DNA of 33,177 nt from Armatimonadota bacterium (GTDB taxonomy: Bacteria > Armatimonadota > UBA10988): the NCBI GenBank assembly GCA_016235455.1, contig JACRKZ010000139.1, positions 1-33,177 of the forward strand, in the 5' to 3' direction. Positions 1 to 8,414 of the stretch are shown in pieces; positions within the stretch are counted from its first letter, which is position 1, and every line of letters starts with the position of its first letter. The position numbers were made by a program, and so were the translations under genes. The notes beneath the pieces were generated by a model that worked only from the letters and a program-made list of their open reading frames with translations, was not told the origin of the DNA and searched no databases.

Positions 1-1314
1 CAGGACGCGCAGGCCCTGGGCCTGAGCACGGTGTATCAGGAAGTCAACCTGATTCCGCACCTCTCGGCGGCGGAGAACATCTTCCTCGGCCGGCAGCCCA
101 AGCGCTGGGGTCGCCTGGATTGGCGGGCCATGCGTCTGGGCGCTGAAGCGGCCATGGCGCGGCTGAACATCGACATCGACGTCATGCAGCCGGTCTCCTC
201 GTTCTCGGTGGCCATTCAGCAGATGGTGGCCATCGCCCGCGCGCTGGATGTGGAGGCCAAGGTGCTGGTGCTCGACGAGCCCACCGCGAGCCTCGACTCC
301 AGCGAGGTGGAGCGGCTGTTCGAGCTCATTCGCCAGCTCAAGGCCGACGGGCTGGGCATCGTCTTCGTCACGCACTTCCTCGAGCAGGTCTATCAGGTCA
401 CGGACCGCATCACCGTACTGCGCAACGGCCAACTGGTGGGGGAATGGCTCACCGCCGAACTGCCGCGTCTGGAGCTGGTGGCCCGCATGATGGGCAAGGA
501 GCCGGCCGAGATCGAGGCCATGACGCCCGCCGCTGCCAGCGTAACCGAAGGCGCGCGCCAGCCGCTGGTGAGCGTGGACGGCCTGGGCCGGCGCGGGTCG
601 ATTGCGCCGTTCTCGCTGGACATCGGCTGCGGCGAGGTGGTGGGTCTCGCGGGCCTGCTCGGCTCGGGGCGCACCGAGGTGGCGCGGCTGCTGTTCGGCG
701 TGGATCGCGCCGAGACCGGCACGGTGAGCGTGGACGACAAGGTGGTGCACCTGTCCTCGCCGCGAGCGGCCATGCGCGTCGGCTTCGCCTTCTGCCCCGA
801 AGACCGCAAGACCGAGGCCATCGTGCCCAGTCTGTCGGTGCGCGAGAACATCATTCTGGCGCTGCAGGCCAGCCGCGGTTGGCTGCGCGCCCTGCCGCGG
901 GCCAAGCAGGAGGAGATTGCCGAGGGCTACATCAAGGCCTTGGCCATCAAGACGCCAGACGCTGAGAAGCCCATCGGCCAGCTCAGCGGTGGTAACCAGC
1001 AGAAGGCGATCATCGCGCGTTGGCTGGCCTCCAAGCCGCGACTGCTCATCCTCGACGAGCCAACGCGCGGCATCGACGTGGGCGCCAAGGCCGAGGTGGA
1101 GAAGCTGACCGCGGACCTCAGCGCCGAGGGCATGGCCATCGTGTTCATTTCGTCCGAGCTGGAGGAGGTGGTTCGCGCCAGCCACCGCGTCATGGTGCTG
1201 CGCGACCGCGCCAAGGTTGGTGAGCTGACCGGCAATCAGATCGACGAGGCCACCATCATGGGCACCATCGCTGGCGGCGTCGGCGCCGCGGAAGGGGCCA
1301 GCCATGTTGCGTAA
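1..1314 (+). CDS. ytfR: Sugar ABC transporter ATP-binding protein (two-NBD, YtfR-like), 5' truncated by window edge
   Basis: Frame is open from base 1 (QDAQALGLSTVYQEVNL). Q-loop YQEVNL; Walker B LVLDEPT and LILDEPTRG; degenerate second Walker A GLLGSGRTE; signature LSGGNQQK. Confidence 0.9.
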   Translation, partial: QDAQALGLSTVYQEVNLIPHLSAAENIFLGRQPKRWGRLDWRAMRLGAEAAMARLNIDIDVMQPVSSFSVAIQQMVAIARALDVEAKVLVLDEPTASLDSSEVERLFELIRQLKADGLGIVFVTHFLEQVYQVTDRITVLRNGQLVGEWLTAELPRLELVARMMGKEPAEIEAMTPAAASVTEGARQPLVSVDGLGRRGSIAPFSLDIGCGEVVGLAGLLGSGRTEVARLLFGVDRAETGTVSVDDKVVHLSSPRAAMRVGFAFCPEDRKTEAIVPSLSVRENIILALQASRGWLRALPRAKQEEIAEGYIKALAIKTPDAEKPIGQLSGGNQQKAIIARWLASKPRLLILDEPTRGIDVGAKAEVEKLTADLSAEGMAIVFISSELEEVVRASHRVMVLRDRAKVGELTGNQIDEATIMGTIAGGVGAAEGASHVA

Positions 1315-2308
1315 GGTCCCGCCCGGTGTGGCCAAACTCATCTGGCCGTTGCTCGCTCTGGGTGTGGTGTTGCTGTACGACGTGTTCTACGTCCCCGGCT
1401 TCTTCCACATCGAGGTGCGAGACGGTCATCTCTACGGCAGCCTGGTCGACATCCTCAAGAACGCCGCGCCGTTCGCGCTGCTGGCGCTGGGCATGACTCT
1501 GGTGCTGGCCACCAAGGGCGTCGACCTGTCGGTCGGCGCGGTCATGGCGGTGTCCGGCGCGGTAGCGGCGGTGCTGGTCACTCGGCAGAACCCGCCGCCC
1601 ATTGGCGTGGCCTTCGGGCTGGCGCTGCTCGCCGCGCTGGTCTGCGGCGTGTGGAACGGCGCGCTGGTGGCGCTGCTCGACATCCAGCCGATCGTGGCCA
1701 CGCTCATCCTCATGGTCGCCGGTCGCGGCATTGCGCAGTTGCTGGCCGATGGCCAGATCATCACCTTCGAGAACAAGACCTTCGCCTTCCTCGACGGCGG
1801 GTTCCTGCTGGGCATCCCCGTGCCTATCTTCATTGCCCTGGCGGCGCTGCTCATCGTCGGTGCGCTGACCCGCATGACGGCCTTGGGCCTGTTCATCGAG
1901 GCGGTCGGCGACAACCCCACGGCCAGCCGCTACGCCGGCGTGCCGACCTGGCTGGTGAAGATGATGGTCTATGCCGTGTGCGGCGTGTGCGCCGGGGTGG
2001 CCGGGCTCATCGCCACCTCCAGCATCAAGGGCGCCGACGCCAGCAACGTGGGTCTGACCTACGAACTGGATGCCATTCTGGCCACGGTCATCGGCGGCAC
2101 CTCCCTGAACGGTGGCCGCTTCTTCCTGATGGGCTCGGTGCTCGGCGCGGTGCTGTTGCAGACGCTGACCACCACCATTCAGACCAGCAACATCAAGCCG
2201 GAGTACAACCTGGTGGTCAAGGCCGTGGTCATTGTCGTCGTCTGCGTCCTGCAGTCCGAGGTGGTCCGGCGCAAGCTGGCCGGCCTGCGCCGAGGAGGTG
2301 CCCAATGA
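1304..2308 (+). CDS. ytfT: Sugar ABC transporter permease (YtfT-like)
   Basis: Multiple hydrophobic helices. RbsC-family motifs GMTLVLATKGVDLSVG and YELDAILATVIGGTSL; GSLVDIL segment as in YtfT. Overlaps the ATPase stop. Confidence 0.88.
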   Translation: MLRKVPPGVAKLIWPLLALGVVLLYDVFYVPGFFHIEVRDGHLYGSLVDILKNAAPFALLALGMTLVLATKGVDLSVGAVMAVSGAVAAVLVTRQNPPPIGVAFGLALLAALVCGVWNGALVALLDIQPIVATLILMVAGRGIAQLLADGQIITFENKTFAFLDGGFLLGIPVPIFIALAALLIVGALTRMTALGLFIEAVGDNPTASRYAGVPTWLVKMMVYAVCGVCAGVAGLIATSSIKGADASNVGLTYELDAILATVIGGTSLNGGRFFLMGSVLGAVLLQTLTTTIQTSNIKPEYNLVVKAVVIVVVCVLQSEVVRRKLAGLRRGGAQ

Positions 2309-3285
2309 GCACTCCCGGCGCCAAGCGCTCGCTGCTGCCGCGCATGAACGTGGCGCTGGTGGCCACCACCGGTGTCTGTCTGCTGCTGTACCTGGTGGCG
2401 GGTCTCCGTTTCCACCAGTTCTTCAGTGGCAAGGTCCTGCTCGATCTGCTCAACGACAACGCCTACCTGGGCATCTGCGCCGTGGGCATGACTTTTGTCA
2501 TCCTGTCGGGCGGCATCGACTTGTCCGTGGGCTCGATGATCGGGCTCGTGGGCATCAGCAGCGCCGTGCTGATCACCAACATGGGCTGGCATCCGCTGCC
2601 CACCTTCCTGCTGATGCTGCTCGTCGGCGCGACGTTCGGCGCGGCGCACGGCGCACTGGTGCGCTGGTTCGAGCTGCCGCCGTTCCTGGTCACGCTGGCG
2701 GGCATGTTCATGGCGCGTGGCCTGGCGCTCGTCATCAGCCAGGAATCGGTCACGGTCAGGCACCCGTGGTACAGCCAGGTGGCCGACTACCGCTTGCCGA
2801 TTGGGCCGGGCATGGCGCCGCCGGCCATCCTGCTGCTTTTGACATTTGCCGTGGCGCTCTACCTGGGCACGTACACCAAGTTCGGCCGGAACACGTATGC
2901 CGTGGGTGGCAACGAGAACTCGGCGCTGCTCATGGGCCTGCCGTGCGGCGCGACCAAGGTGTGGGTCTACGTGTGGAGCGGCTTCTGCTCGGCGCTGGCG
3001 GGTGTGGTGCATGTGCTGGCCCTGCCCGGCGGCGACGCCAACGCCGGCATGGGCCTGGAACTCGACGCGATCGCCGCGGCGGTCATCGGCGGCACGCTGC
3101 TCAGTGGCGGCGTGGGCCATGTGGGCGGCACATTCTTCGGGCTGATCATCCTGGCCGTGATCCAGACTGCGATCACATTCAAGGGCAATCTGAACTCGTG
3201 GTGGATTAAGATAGCCATCGGCCTGCTGCTGCTGGTGTTCATCCTGCTCCAGCGTGGCATCCAGCGAAGGGCGGAACGCAAATGA
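2305..3285 (+). CDS. yjfF: Sugar ABC transporter permease (YjfF-like)
   Basis: ATG at 2305 in an ATGA overlap with the upstream stop, GAGGAGG SD just upstream. Motifs NAYLGICAVGMTFVILSGGIDLSVGS and ELDAIAAAVIGGTLLSGG. The ORF-track start at 1651 is spurious. Confidence 0.88.
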   Translation: MSTPGAKRSLLPRMNVALVATTGVCLLLYLVAGLRFHQFFSGKVLLDLLNDNAYLGICAVGMTFVILSGGIDLSVGSMIGLVGISSAVLITNMGWHPLPTFLLMLLVGATFGAAHGALVRWFELPPFLVTLAGMFMARGLALVISQESVTVRHPWYSQVADYRLPIGPGMAPPAILLLLTFAVALYLGTYTKFGRNTYAVGGNENSALLMGLPCGATKVWVYVWSGFCSALAGVVHVLALPGGDANAGMGLELDAIAAAVIGGTLLSGGVGHVGGTFFGLIILAVIQTAITFKGNLNSWWIKIAIGLLLLVFILLQRGIQRRAERK

Positions 3286-4178
3286 AGTCTCTGTGGGCAG
3301 TGGTTCTGGCGGTGGTGGCGGCGAATGCACAGGCGGTGCAGCGCCCGACCATCCTGGTGGCGGATTACAGTGGCGGTCGGGTGGCGCGCGTGCTGCCTGA
3401 CGGCAAAGTCGACTGGGAGATGCCGGCGCCCAACAGCACCGACGTCTGGCAGTTGCCCAACGGCAACATCCTCTACTCGTGGATCCGTGGCGTGCGCGAG
3501 GCCACTCCCGACCGCAAGATCGTCTGGGAGTACAAGGCCGCCGACAACGAGGAAGTCTATGGCTGCCAGCGCCTGGCTGACGGCAACACGCTGGTCGGCG
3601 AGTTGGCCTCCTGCCGCGCCATCGAAGTGGCGCCCGACGGCAAGACCGTTGTCAAGGAAGTCAAGCTGCCGGCGACCGGCGCTCAGCATGCTCGGTACCG
3701 CAATCTGCGTAAGCTGGCCAACGGGCACATCCTGTTCGTCGCGCTCAGTGAGGGCATGGTCAAGGAACTCGACGACGCGGGCCAGGTCGTTTGGTCGGTG
3801 AAGGCTGTCGGCAACCCCTTCGGCGCCTCGCGCCTGCCCAACGGCAACACACTGGTCGGCTGTGGCGACGGCCACACCATCCAGGAGTTCGACAAGGACG
3901 GCAAGGCCGTTTGGCAGGTCAACGAGAATGATCTGATCTGGGTCGACGAGCAGGGCCGGGAATCGGTCGTGCCGCTGCGCTTCGTTGGCAACTGCCAGCG
4001 GCTCCCCAACGGCAACACCGTCGTCTGCAACTGGGTGGGCCATGGTTTCATGGGTCGCGGCCCGCACCTGATGGAGATCACGCCTGACAAGAAGGTCGTC
4101 TGGCGCATGGACGACCACCAGCAGTTCAAGGCCATCGCCGGCGCCTGCGTGCTGCCGATCGACGGCGTCACCCGGTAG
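3282..4178 (+). CDS. Secreted beta-propeller repeat protein (PQQ/arylsulfotransferase-like blades), function unknown
   Basis: Signal peptide MKSLWAVVLAVVAANAQA. Repeated blade motifs LPNGNIL, LADGNTL, LANGHIL, LPNGNTL, LPNGNTV with DG/DK-x-VVW segments. ATGA overlap with the permease. Confidence 0.8.
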   Translation: MKSLWAVVLAVVAANAQAVQRPTILVADYSGGRVARVLPDGKVDWEMPAPNSTDVWQLPNGNILYSWIRGVREATPDRKIVWEYKAADNEEVYGCQRLADGNTLVGELASCRAIEVAPDGKTVVKEVKLPATGAQHARYRNLRKLANGHILFVALSEGMVKELDDAGQVVWSVKAVGNPFGASRLPNGNTLVGCGDGHTIQEFDKDGKAVWQVNENDLIWVDEQGRESVVPLRFVGNCQRLPNGNTVVCNWVGHGFMGRGPHLMEITPDKKVVWRMDDHQQFKAIAGACVLPIDGVTR

Positions 4179-4194
4179 TGGACCAAGCGCCAAC

Positions 4195-4254
4195 GGCCCG
4201 GCATCACACCAGCCTGGGGCAACGTCCCAGGGTGCGCTGGCATGGCGCCGGGCC
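4195..4254. terminator. Long imperfect hairpin between convergent genes, possible bidirectional terminator
   Basis: GGCCCGGC/GCCGGGCC (4195-4202/4247-4254), CCAGC/GCTGG and CCTGGG/CCCAGG nested helices. No U-tract. Confidence 0.4.
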
Positions 4255-4268
4255 CCGGCCCTCTTCCC

Positions 4269-5384
4269 CTACAGCTCTGTTCGCAGCAGCTTGGCCTTGA
4301 CGTCCAGGTAGTACCTGAAGTCGTCCCAGCTCACGTCGGGCGGCACCGTGTGGTCGACGTGCGGCACGAATCCGCCCTGTTCGACCAGCGGTTGCAGTTC
4401 CCGCAGATGGGCGTCGATGGCCGCGCGGCCCTTGGCCAGTTCGCGCTTGTCCACACCGCCCCACAGGTGCAGGCTCGGTCCGAAGCGGGCGCGCAGGCGC
4501 ACGGGATCCTGATCGGCGGCACGCTCCAGCGGCCACACCACATCCACGCCGACATCCATCAGCAGCGGGATGAGCGGCTCCGGGTTGCCGTCGGTGTCGA
4601 CCACCACATAGGCCACGCCGTGTGATTTGTAGAACTCGACCACGCGCCGTAGCCGCGGCTGGATGAAGGTGCGGTAGGTGCTCGGGCTGAGCAGCGGACC
4701 GGTCTTCATGGCCATGTCTTCGTTCATGCAAATGTACTCGACGGTGGTCTCGGCCAGCACCGGCCGGGCGACTTCGATCAGCCAGTCGGCCCAGTGGTCC
4801 ATCATGTCGTGCATCATCGCCGGGTGGTCGTACCAGGCCAGGCTCAGCCCCTCGGTGCCCATCTGGTCGCGCGCGAACCAGTAGAAGCCCAGCGTGGTGC
4901 AGTTGGGGCCGAACACCAGGGGCACCTGCCGGCCACGCCAGCCGGCCAGGCGTTGCTGCCAGTCGGCCTGCACGCGGCCGGCCGTGTGCGGGTCGTAGCG
5001 ACGCTTGACGGCCTGCCAGTCGTCGGGCGTGGTGACGGCGAAGCGCAGGTACTGGTCCATCGAGGCGCGTGTGCCACCCACCATGCCGGACTTGAGCGCG
5101 CGACGCGTGCGGCCAAGGTGGTCGATTAGCAGCTCCGTGTCGCCCTCATCGGCGATGACGCTGCAGTCGAAGGCCGGGATCGGCCCGCTGTTCAGCCCGA
5201 TGAACTCCTTACGGTCGAAGCCGAGCGTGTCCTCGCCCCAGAACCAGTTCCAGCCCAGTTCGGCCGGCGCGCCTTCACCGCGCCAGCGCTCGACCGTCTG
5301 GCCCCAGACTCCCAGCTCCCAGTTTGGCACCTGGTCGAGGGACTCACCGCGCATGAGCGCCCTGAATCGATCGAGATCCGTCAC
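4269..5384 (-). CDS. Uroporphyrinogen decarboxylase (URO-D)/MtaA-CmuA-like family protein
   Basis: GTG start with GGAG SD. Motifs MGTEGL, EDMAMKTGPLLSP, VDTDGN, WGGVDKR and GGFVPHVDHTVPPDVS typical of URO-D-like TIM barrels. Not a canonical HemE. Confidence 0.85.
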   Translation of the reverse strand: MTDLDRFRALMRGESLDQVPNWELGVWGQTVERWRGEGAPAELGWNWFWGEDTLGFDRKEFIGLNSGPIPAFDCSVIADEGDTELLIDHLGRTRRALKSGMVGGTRASMDQYLRFAVTTPDDWQAVKRRYDPHTAGRVQADWQQRLAGWRGRQVPLVFGPNCTTLGFYWFARDQMGTEGLSLAWYDHPAMMHDMMDHWADWLIEVARPVLAETTVEYICMNEDMAMKTGPLLSPSTYRTFIQPRLRRVVEFYKSHGVAYVVVDTDGNPEPLIPLLMDVGVDVVWPLERAADQDPVRLRARFGPSLHLWGGVDKRELAKGRAAIDAHLRELQPLVEQGGFVPHVDHTVPPDVSWDDFRYYLDVKAKLLRTEL

Positions 5385-5619
5385 GTGCTCACTCCGTCTG
5401 CCGCGCGTGGGGTTAGCGGCTGACTCTGTGGGTCCTTCCCACGTTCGGGCAAGATGACCATCTGGCGGTGCCGACGATGGGGGGATCGCGGCACTGGCGG
5501 CGTTGCGGCCCTGACCAGGTGAATGTCGAACAGGTGGATGGCCAGGTGAAGATGCTGTCGGGCTGCAGCTTCACCGGCGCCGATGACAGTGCGGCCGCGG
5601 CGGTTGGAGTGCCGACTGC

Positions 5620-5725
5620 TCAGTATACGCGGAAGTAGCTGGTCTGGCTGGCCTGCGCCTCCAGCCATTCGTTTCGCAGCGTGCCGGTGCTGAGCCACTT
5701 GGCGTGGCCGTCGCAGACGGCGTGA
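5620..5725 (-). pseudogene. 3' remnant of a prepilin-type/DUF1559-like H-X9-DG protein
   Basis: Codons with host-like G/C third positions read AVCDGHAKWLSTGTLRNEWLEAQASQTSYFRVY*. CDGHAKW matches the C-terminal H-X9-DG motif. No plausible upstream coding part or start. Confidence 0.6.
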
Positions 5726-5928
5726 TGTCGCCGTCGAGGGCGTACCTCCGATGCGGGTGATCGGCCTACCGGCGGGGCACCGATGGGGTCGAAGATCCTG
5801 GCGCCTTCCCAGGCAGCCGGCACGGCGAACTCCTGGGCTGGCGAGCGGAGCATAGACCCATCGATGGCCGGGCCCGTGAAGTGGGGTACGAGTGGCTGCC
5901 GTCCTGTGCGGCGCGTGGCCGTCGACGC

Positions 5929-5957
5929 TTGCATTGGTCCGGTGCGGCCGGTATGCT
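5929..5957 (+). promoter_or_regulatory. Sigma70-type promoter for the GH2 gene
   Basis: TTGCAT (5929-5934), 17 bp spacer, TATGCT (5952-5957), followed by SD AGGAG and ATG 5981. Confidence 0.6.
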
Positions 5958-5980
5958 CCATCTGCCAGCAGGAGCAGACG

Positions 5981-8311
5981 ATGCGCACGGTGGATTTGAA
6001 CGGCATCTGGGATTTGTGGTTGGCGCCAACCAACGGCCAGCTAGGCGAGCAGCTTGAGCCGCCGGCCGATGCGGTGCAAGTGGCTTGCCGGGTGCCGGGC
6101 AATGTTGAACTCGACCTGCTGGACGCCGGGCTGCTGCCCGCTCCGTTGGAGAAGGGCAACAACATCTACGCCGCGCAGGATTACGAGCACCACGCCTTCT
6201 GGTATCGCCGCACCTTTGCCACGCCCCAGACCAAGCCGGACGAGCAGATTGTGCTCTGTTTTGGCGGCGTCGACTGCATCGCCACGGTCTTCCTCAACGG
6301 GCAGGCCATCGCCCGTCCGCGCAACATGCTCGTGCCGCTGCGGGTCGACATCACCGGGCTGGTGGCCGAGGGCGGGGAGAACACGCTGACCGTGCACATC
6401 GAGCCGGCAGTCGACTACGGCGACATGAGCGCCGTGCCCGCGCATTGCTGGGCCATGGCCACCAACTGGGAGTCGCTGCGCATCCGCAAGGCGCCGCACA
6501 TGTACGGCTGGGATATCCTGCCGCGGCTCGTGTCCGCTGGGCTGTGGCGCGACGTGTGCCTCGAGATATGGCCGCCGACGCGCTTCGAGAGCGTCTACTT
6601 CACCACCGCCGGCGTGGACGTCGACGGGCGCTCGGCGCGGCTGGTGGCGCAGTGGCAGGTGGTCAGCCACGGTCGCCCGCTGGCCGGCACTCGGCTGCGG
6701 CTGACGCTGTCGCGCGACGGCGAGGTCAAGCTGCGCCAGGAGCAGACGCTGCAGGGCAGCCACGGCCGGCTCATCGCGCATGTGTCCGACGCGGCGCTGT
6801 GGTGGCCGCGCGGCTGGGGTGAGGCAGCGCTCTACGATGCCACGCTGACACTGCTGGATGCTGGCGGCCGCGTGCTCGCCATGCACGAGCAGCGCATCGG
6901 TCTGCGCACCGTGGAGCTTCGCCGCACCGAGGTGACCGACGCGCAGGGCTCCGGCGAGTTCCTGTTTGTCGTCAACGGCCGGCCGCTGTTCGCCAAGGGC
7001 ACCAACTGGGTGCCGCTCGATTCGCTGCACAGTCGCGACGGTGAGCATCTGCCCGGCGCCATGGCCATGCTGGCCGAGCTCAACTGCAACATGGTGCGCT
7101 GCTGGGGCGGCAACGTCTACGAGAGCGATGCCTTCTTCGACGCGTGCGACGAGCTGGGCATCCTGGTCTGGCAGGACTTCGCCTTCGCCTGCGCGGTCTA
7201 CCCCCAGGACCAGTGGTTCCTGAGCCGCTGCGAGGAAGAAGCCGAGGCGGTCGTCCACCGCCTGCGCAACCATCCGAGCCTGGCGCTGTGGGCCGGCAAC
7301 AATGAGATTGATGACTGCATGTACGCGGGCTGGGGCGGGTTCCGTATCGACCCCAATGGCGACCCGCTGAGCCGCGAAGTGCTGCCCAGCGTGGTACGCC
7401 AGCTCGACCCGGCGCGGCCGTACCTGCCCAGCTCGCCCTATGTCGGGCCAGAGCTGGTGGCCAGCGGCTACCCGGAGGCCAAGCCCGAGGAGCACTTGTG
7501 GGGGCCGCGCGACGACTTCAAGGGCTCGTTCTACATGGGCTCAGCCGCGCATTTCGTCAGCGAGATCGGCTATCACGGCTGCCCGGCCCGTGCCAGCCTC
7601 GAGGCCATGATGGACGCTGACCATCTCTGGCCCTGGCAGGACAACGACCAGTGGCTGACCCACGCCGTACGGCCTAAGCCGGGTGTGGACAGCTACGACT
7701 ACCGCATCCCGCTCATGGGCAAGCAGGCGGCCGTGCTGTTCCACACGGTGCCCGAGGACCTGGACGACTACATCCTGGCCAGTCAGGCCAGCCAGGCCGA
7801 GGCGCTCAAGTTCTTCCTGGAGCGCTGGCGCGGCGGTGAGCGCCAGGGCGGCAAGTTCCGGCGCACCGGCATGTTGTGGTGGAACCTGCGCGACGGCTGG
7901 CCGGTCATCTCCGATGCCATCGTCGACTACTACGGCCGCCGCAAGCTGGCCTACGAGGTGGTCCGGCGCTGTCAGGCCGATGTACTGGTGCTGTGCGGCG
8001 AGCCAGACGGCGGCCGGCACGAAGTGGTCGCCGTCAACGACACGCTGCGACCTCGCGCGGGCCATGTGGTCATCACCGACCTAGACAGTGGGGCGGAGCT
8101 GTTCGGCGCCGCGTTCGAGTTGCCGCCGAACGGCCGGGTCCATCTCGGCTGGCTAGCCGAGTCAGCAGCACCGGGCATGTGGGAGATCAAGTGGACGGCC
8201 GACGGCGAGGCCGGCCACAACCACTACCTGGCCGGGCCGCGCCCGTTTGTCCTGGCAGAATACCGCCGCTGGGCGGACGCGCTGGGGCTGTTGGCGGTGA
8301 CGACGCAGTAG
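5981..8311 (+). CDS. Glycoside hydrolase family 2, beta-mannosidase-like
   Basis: IRKAPHMYGWD, KGTNWVP, NMVRCWGGNVYE, WQDFAF, acid/base WAGNNE, nucleophile FVSEIG. ATG 5981 with AGGAG SD. No signal peptide. Confidence 0.92.
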   Translation: MRTVDLNGIWDLWLAPTNGQLGEQLEPPADAVQVACRVPGNVELDLLDAGLLPAPLEKGNNIYAAQDYEHHAFWYRRTFATPQTKPDEQIVLCFGGVDCIATVFLNGQAIARPRNMLVPLRVDITGLVAEGGENTLTVHIEPAVDYGDMSAVPAHCWAMATNWESLRIRKAPHMYGWDILPRLVSAGLWRDVCLEIWPPTRFESVYFTTAGVDVDGRSARLVAQWQVVSHGRPLAGTRLRLTLSRDGEVKLRQEQTLQGSHGRLIAHVSDAALWWPRGWGEAALYDATLTLLDAGGRVLAMHEQRIGLRTVELRRTEVTDAQGSGEFLFVVNGRPLFAKGTNWVPLDSLHSRDGEHLPGAMAMLAELNCNMVRCWGGNVYESDAFFDACDELGILVWQDFAFACAVYPQDQWFLSRCEEEAEAVVHRLRNHPSLALWAGNNEIDDCMYAGWGGFRIDPNGDPLSREVLPSVVRQLDPARPYLPSSPYVGPELVASGYPEAKPEEHLWGPRDDFKGSFYMGSAAHFVSEIGYHGCPARASLEAMMDADHLWPWQDNDQWLTHAVRPKPGVDSYDYRIPLMGKQAAVLFHTVPEDLDDYILASQASQAEALKFFLERWRGGERQGGKFRRTGMLWWNLRDGWPVISDAIVDYYGRRKLAYEVVRRCQADVLVLCGEPDGGRHEVVAVNDTLRPRAGHVVITDLDSGAELFGAAFELPPNGRVHLGWLAESAAPGMWEIKWTADGEAGHNHYLAGPRPFVLAEYRRWADALGLLAVTTQ

Positions 8312-8325
8312 GTCGGTCCGGGCGG

Positions 8326-8403
8326 CCCCCGTGTGGTCCCCCCGCGTGCGGGGGGACGGTCATTGGGCTCCCTTCCCGCTCGCGGGGAGGGTTGGGATGG
8401 GGG
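8326..8403. repeat. REP-like palindrome doublet between convergent genes
   Basis: Hairpin A is GTCCCCCCGC-GT-GCGGGGGGAC (8336-8357, perfect 10 bp) preceded by CCCCCGTGTG. Hairpin B is CCCTTCCCGC-TC-GCGGGGAGGG (8370-8391) followed by TTGGGATGGGGG. Related sequences flank the IS at 16335-16360 and 17633-17660. Confidence 0.75.
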
Positions 8404-8414
8404 CTGCTCGCGAC

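Noticed and set aside
4269-5384. Assignment as hemE
   Set aside because: Lacks the HemE N-terminal WxMRQAGR motif. It belongs to the broader URO-D-like family.
5702-5924. 12-bp direct repeat GCGTGGCCGTCG at 5702-5713 and 5913-5924 as a target-site duplication around the hairpin
   Set aside because: The H-X9-DG-like reading (AVC-DGH) continues past the first copy, no terminal IRs abut the repeats, and a GC-rich 12-mer can recur by chance. Not excluded, but unsupported.
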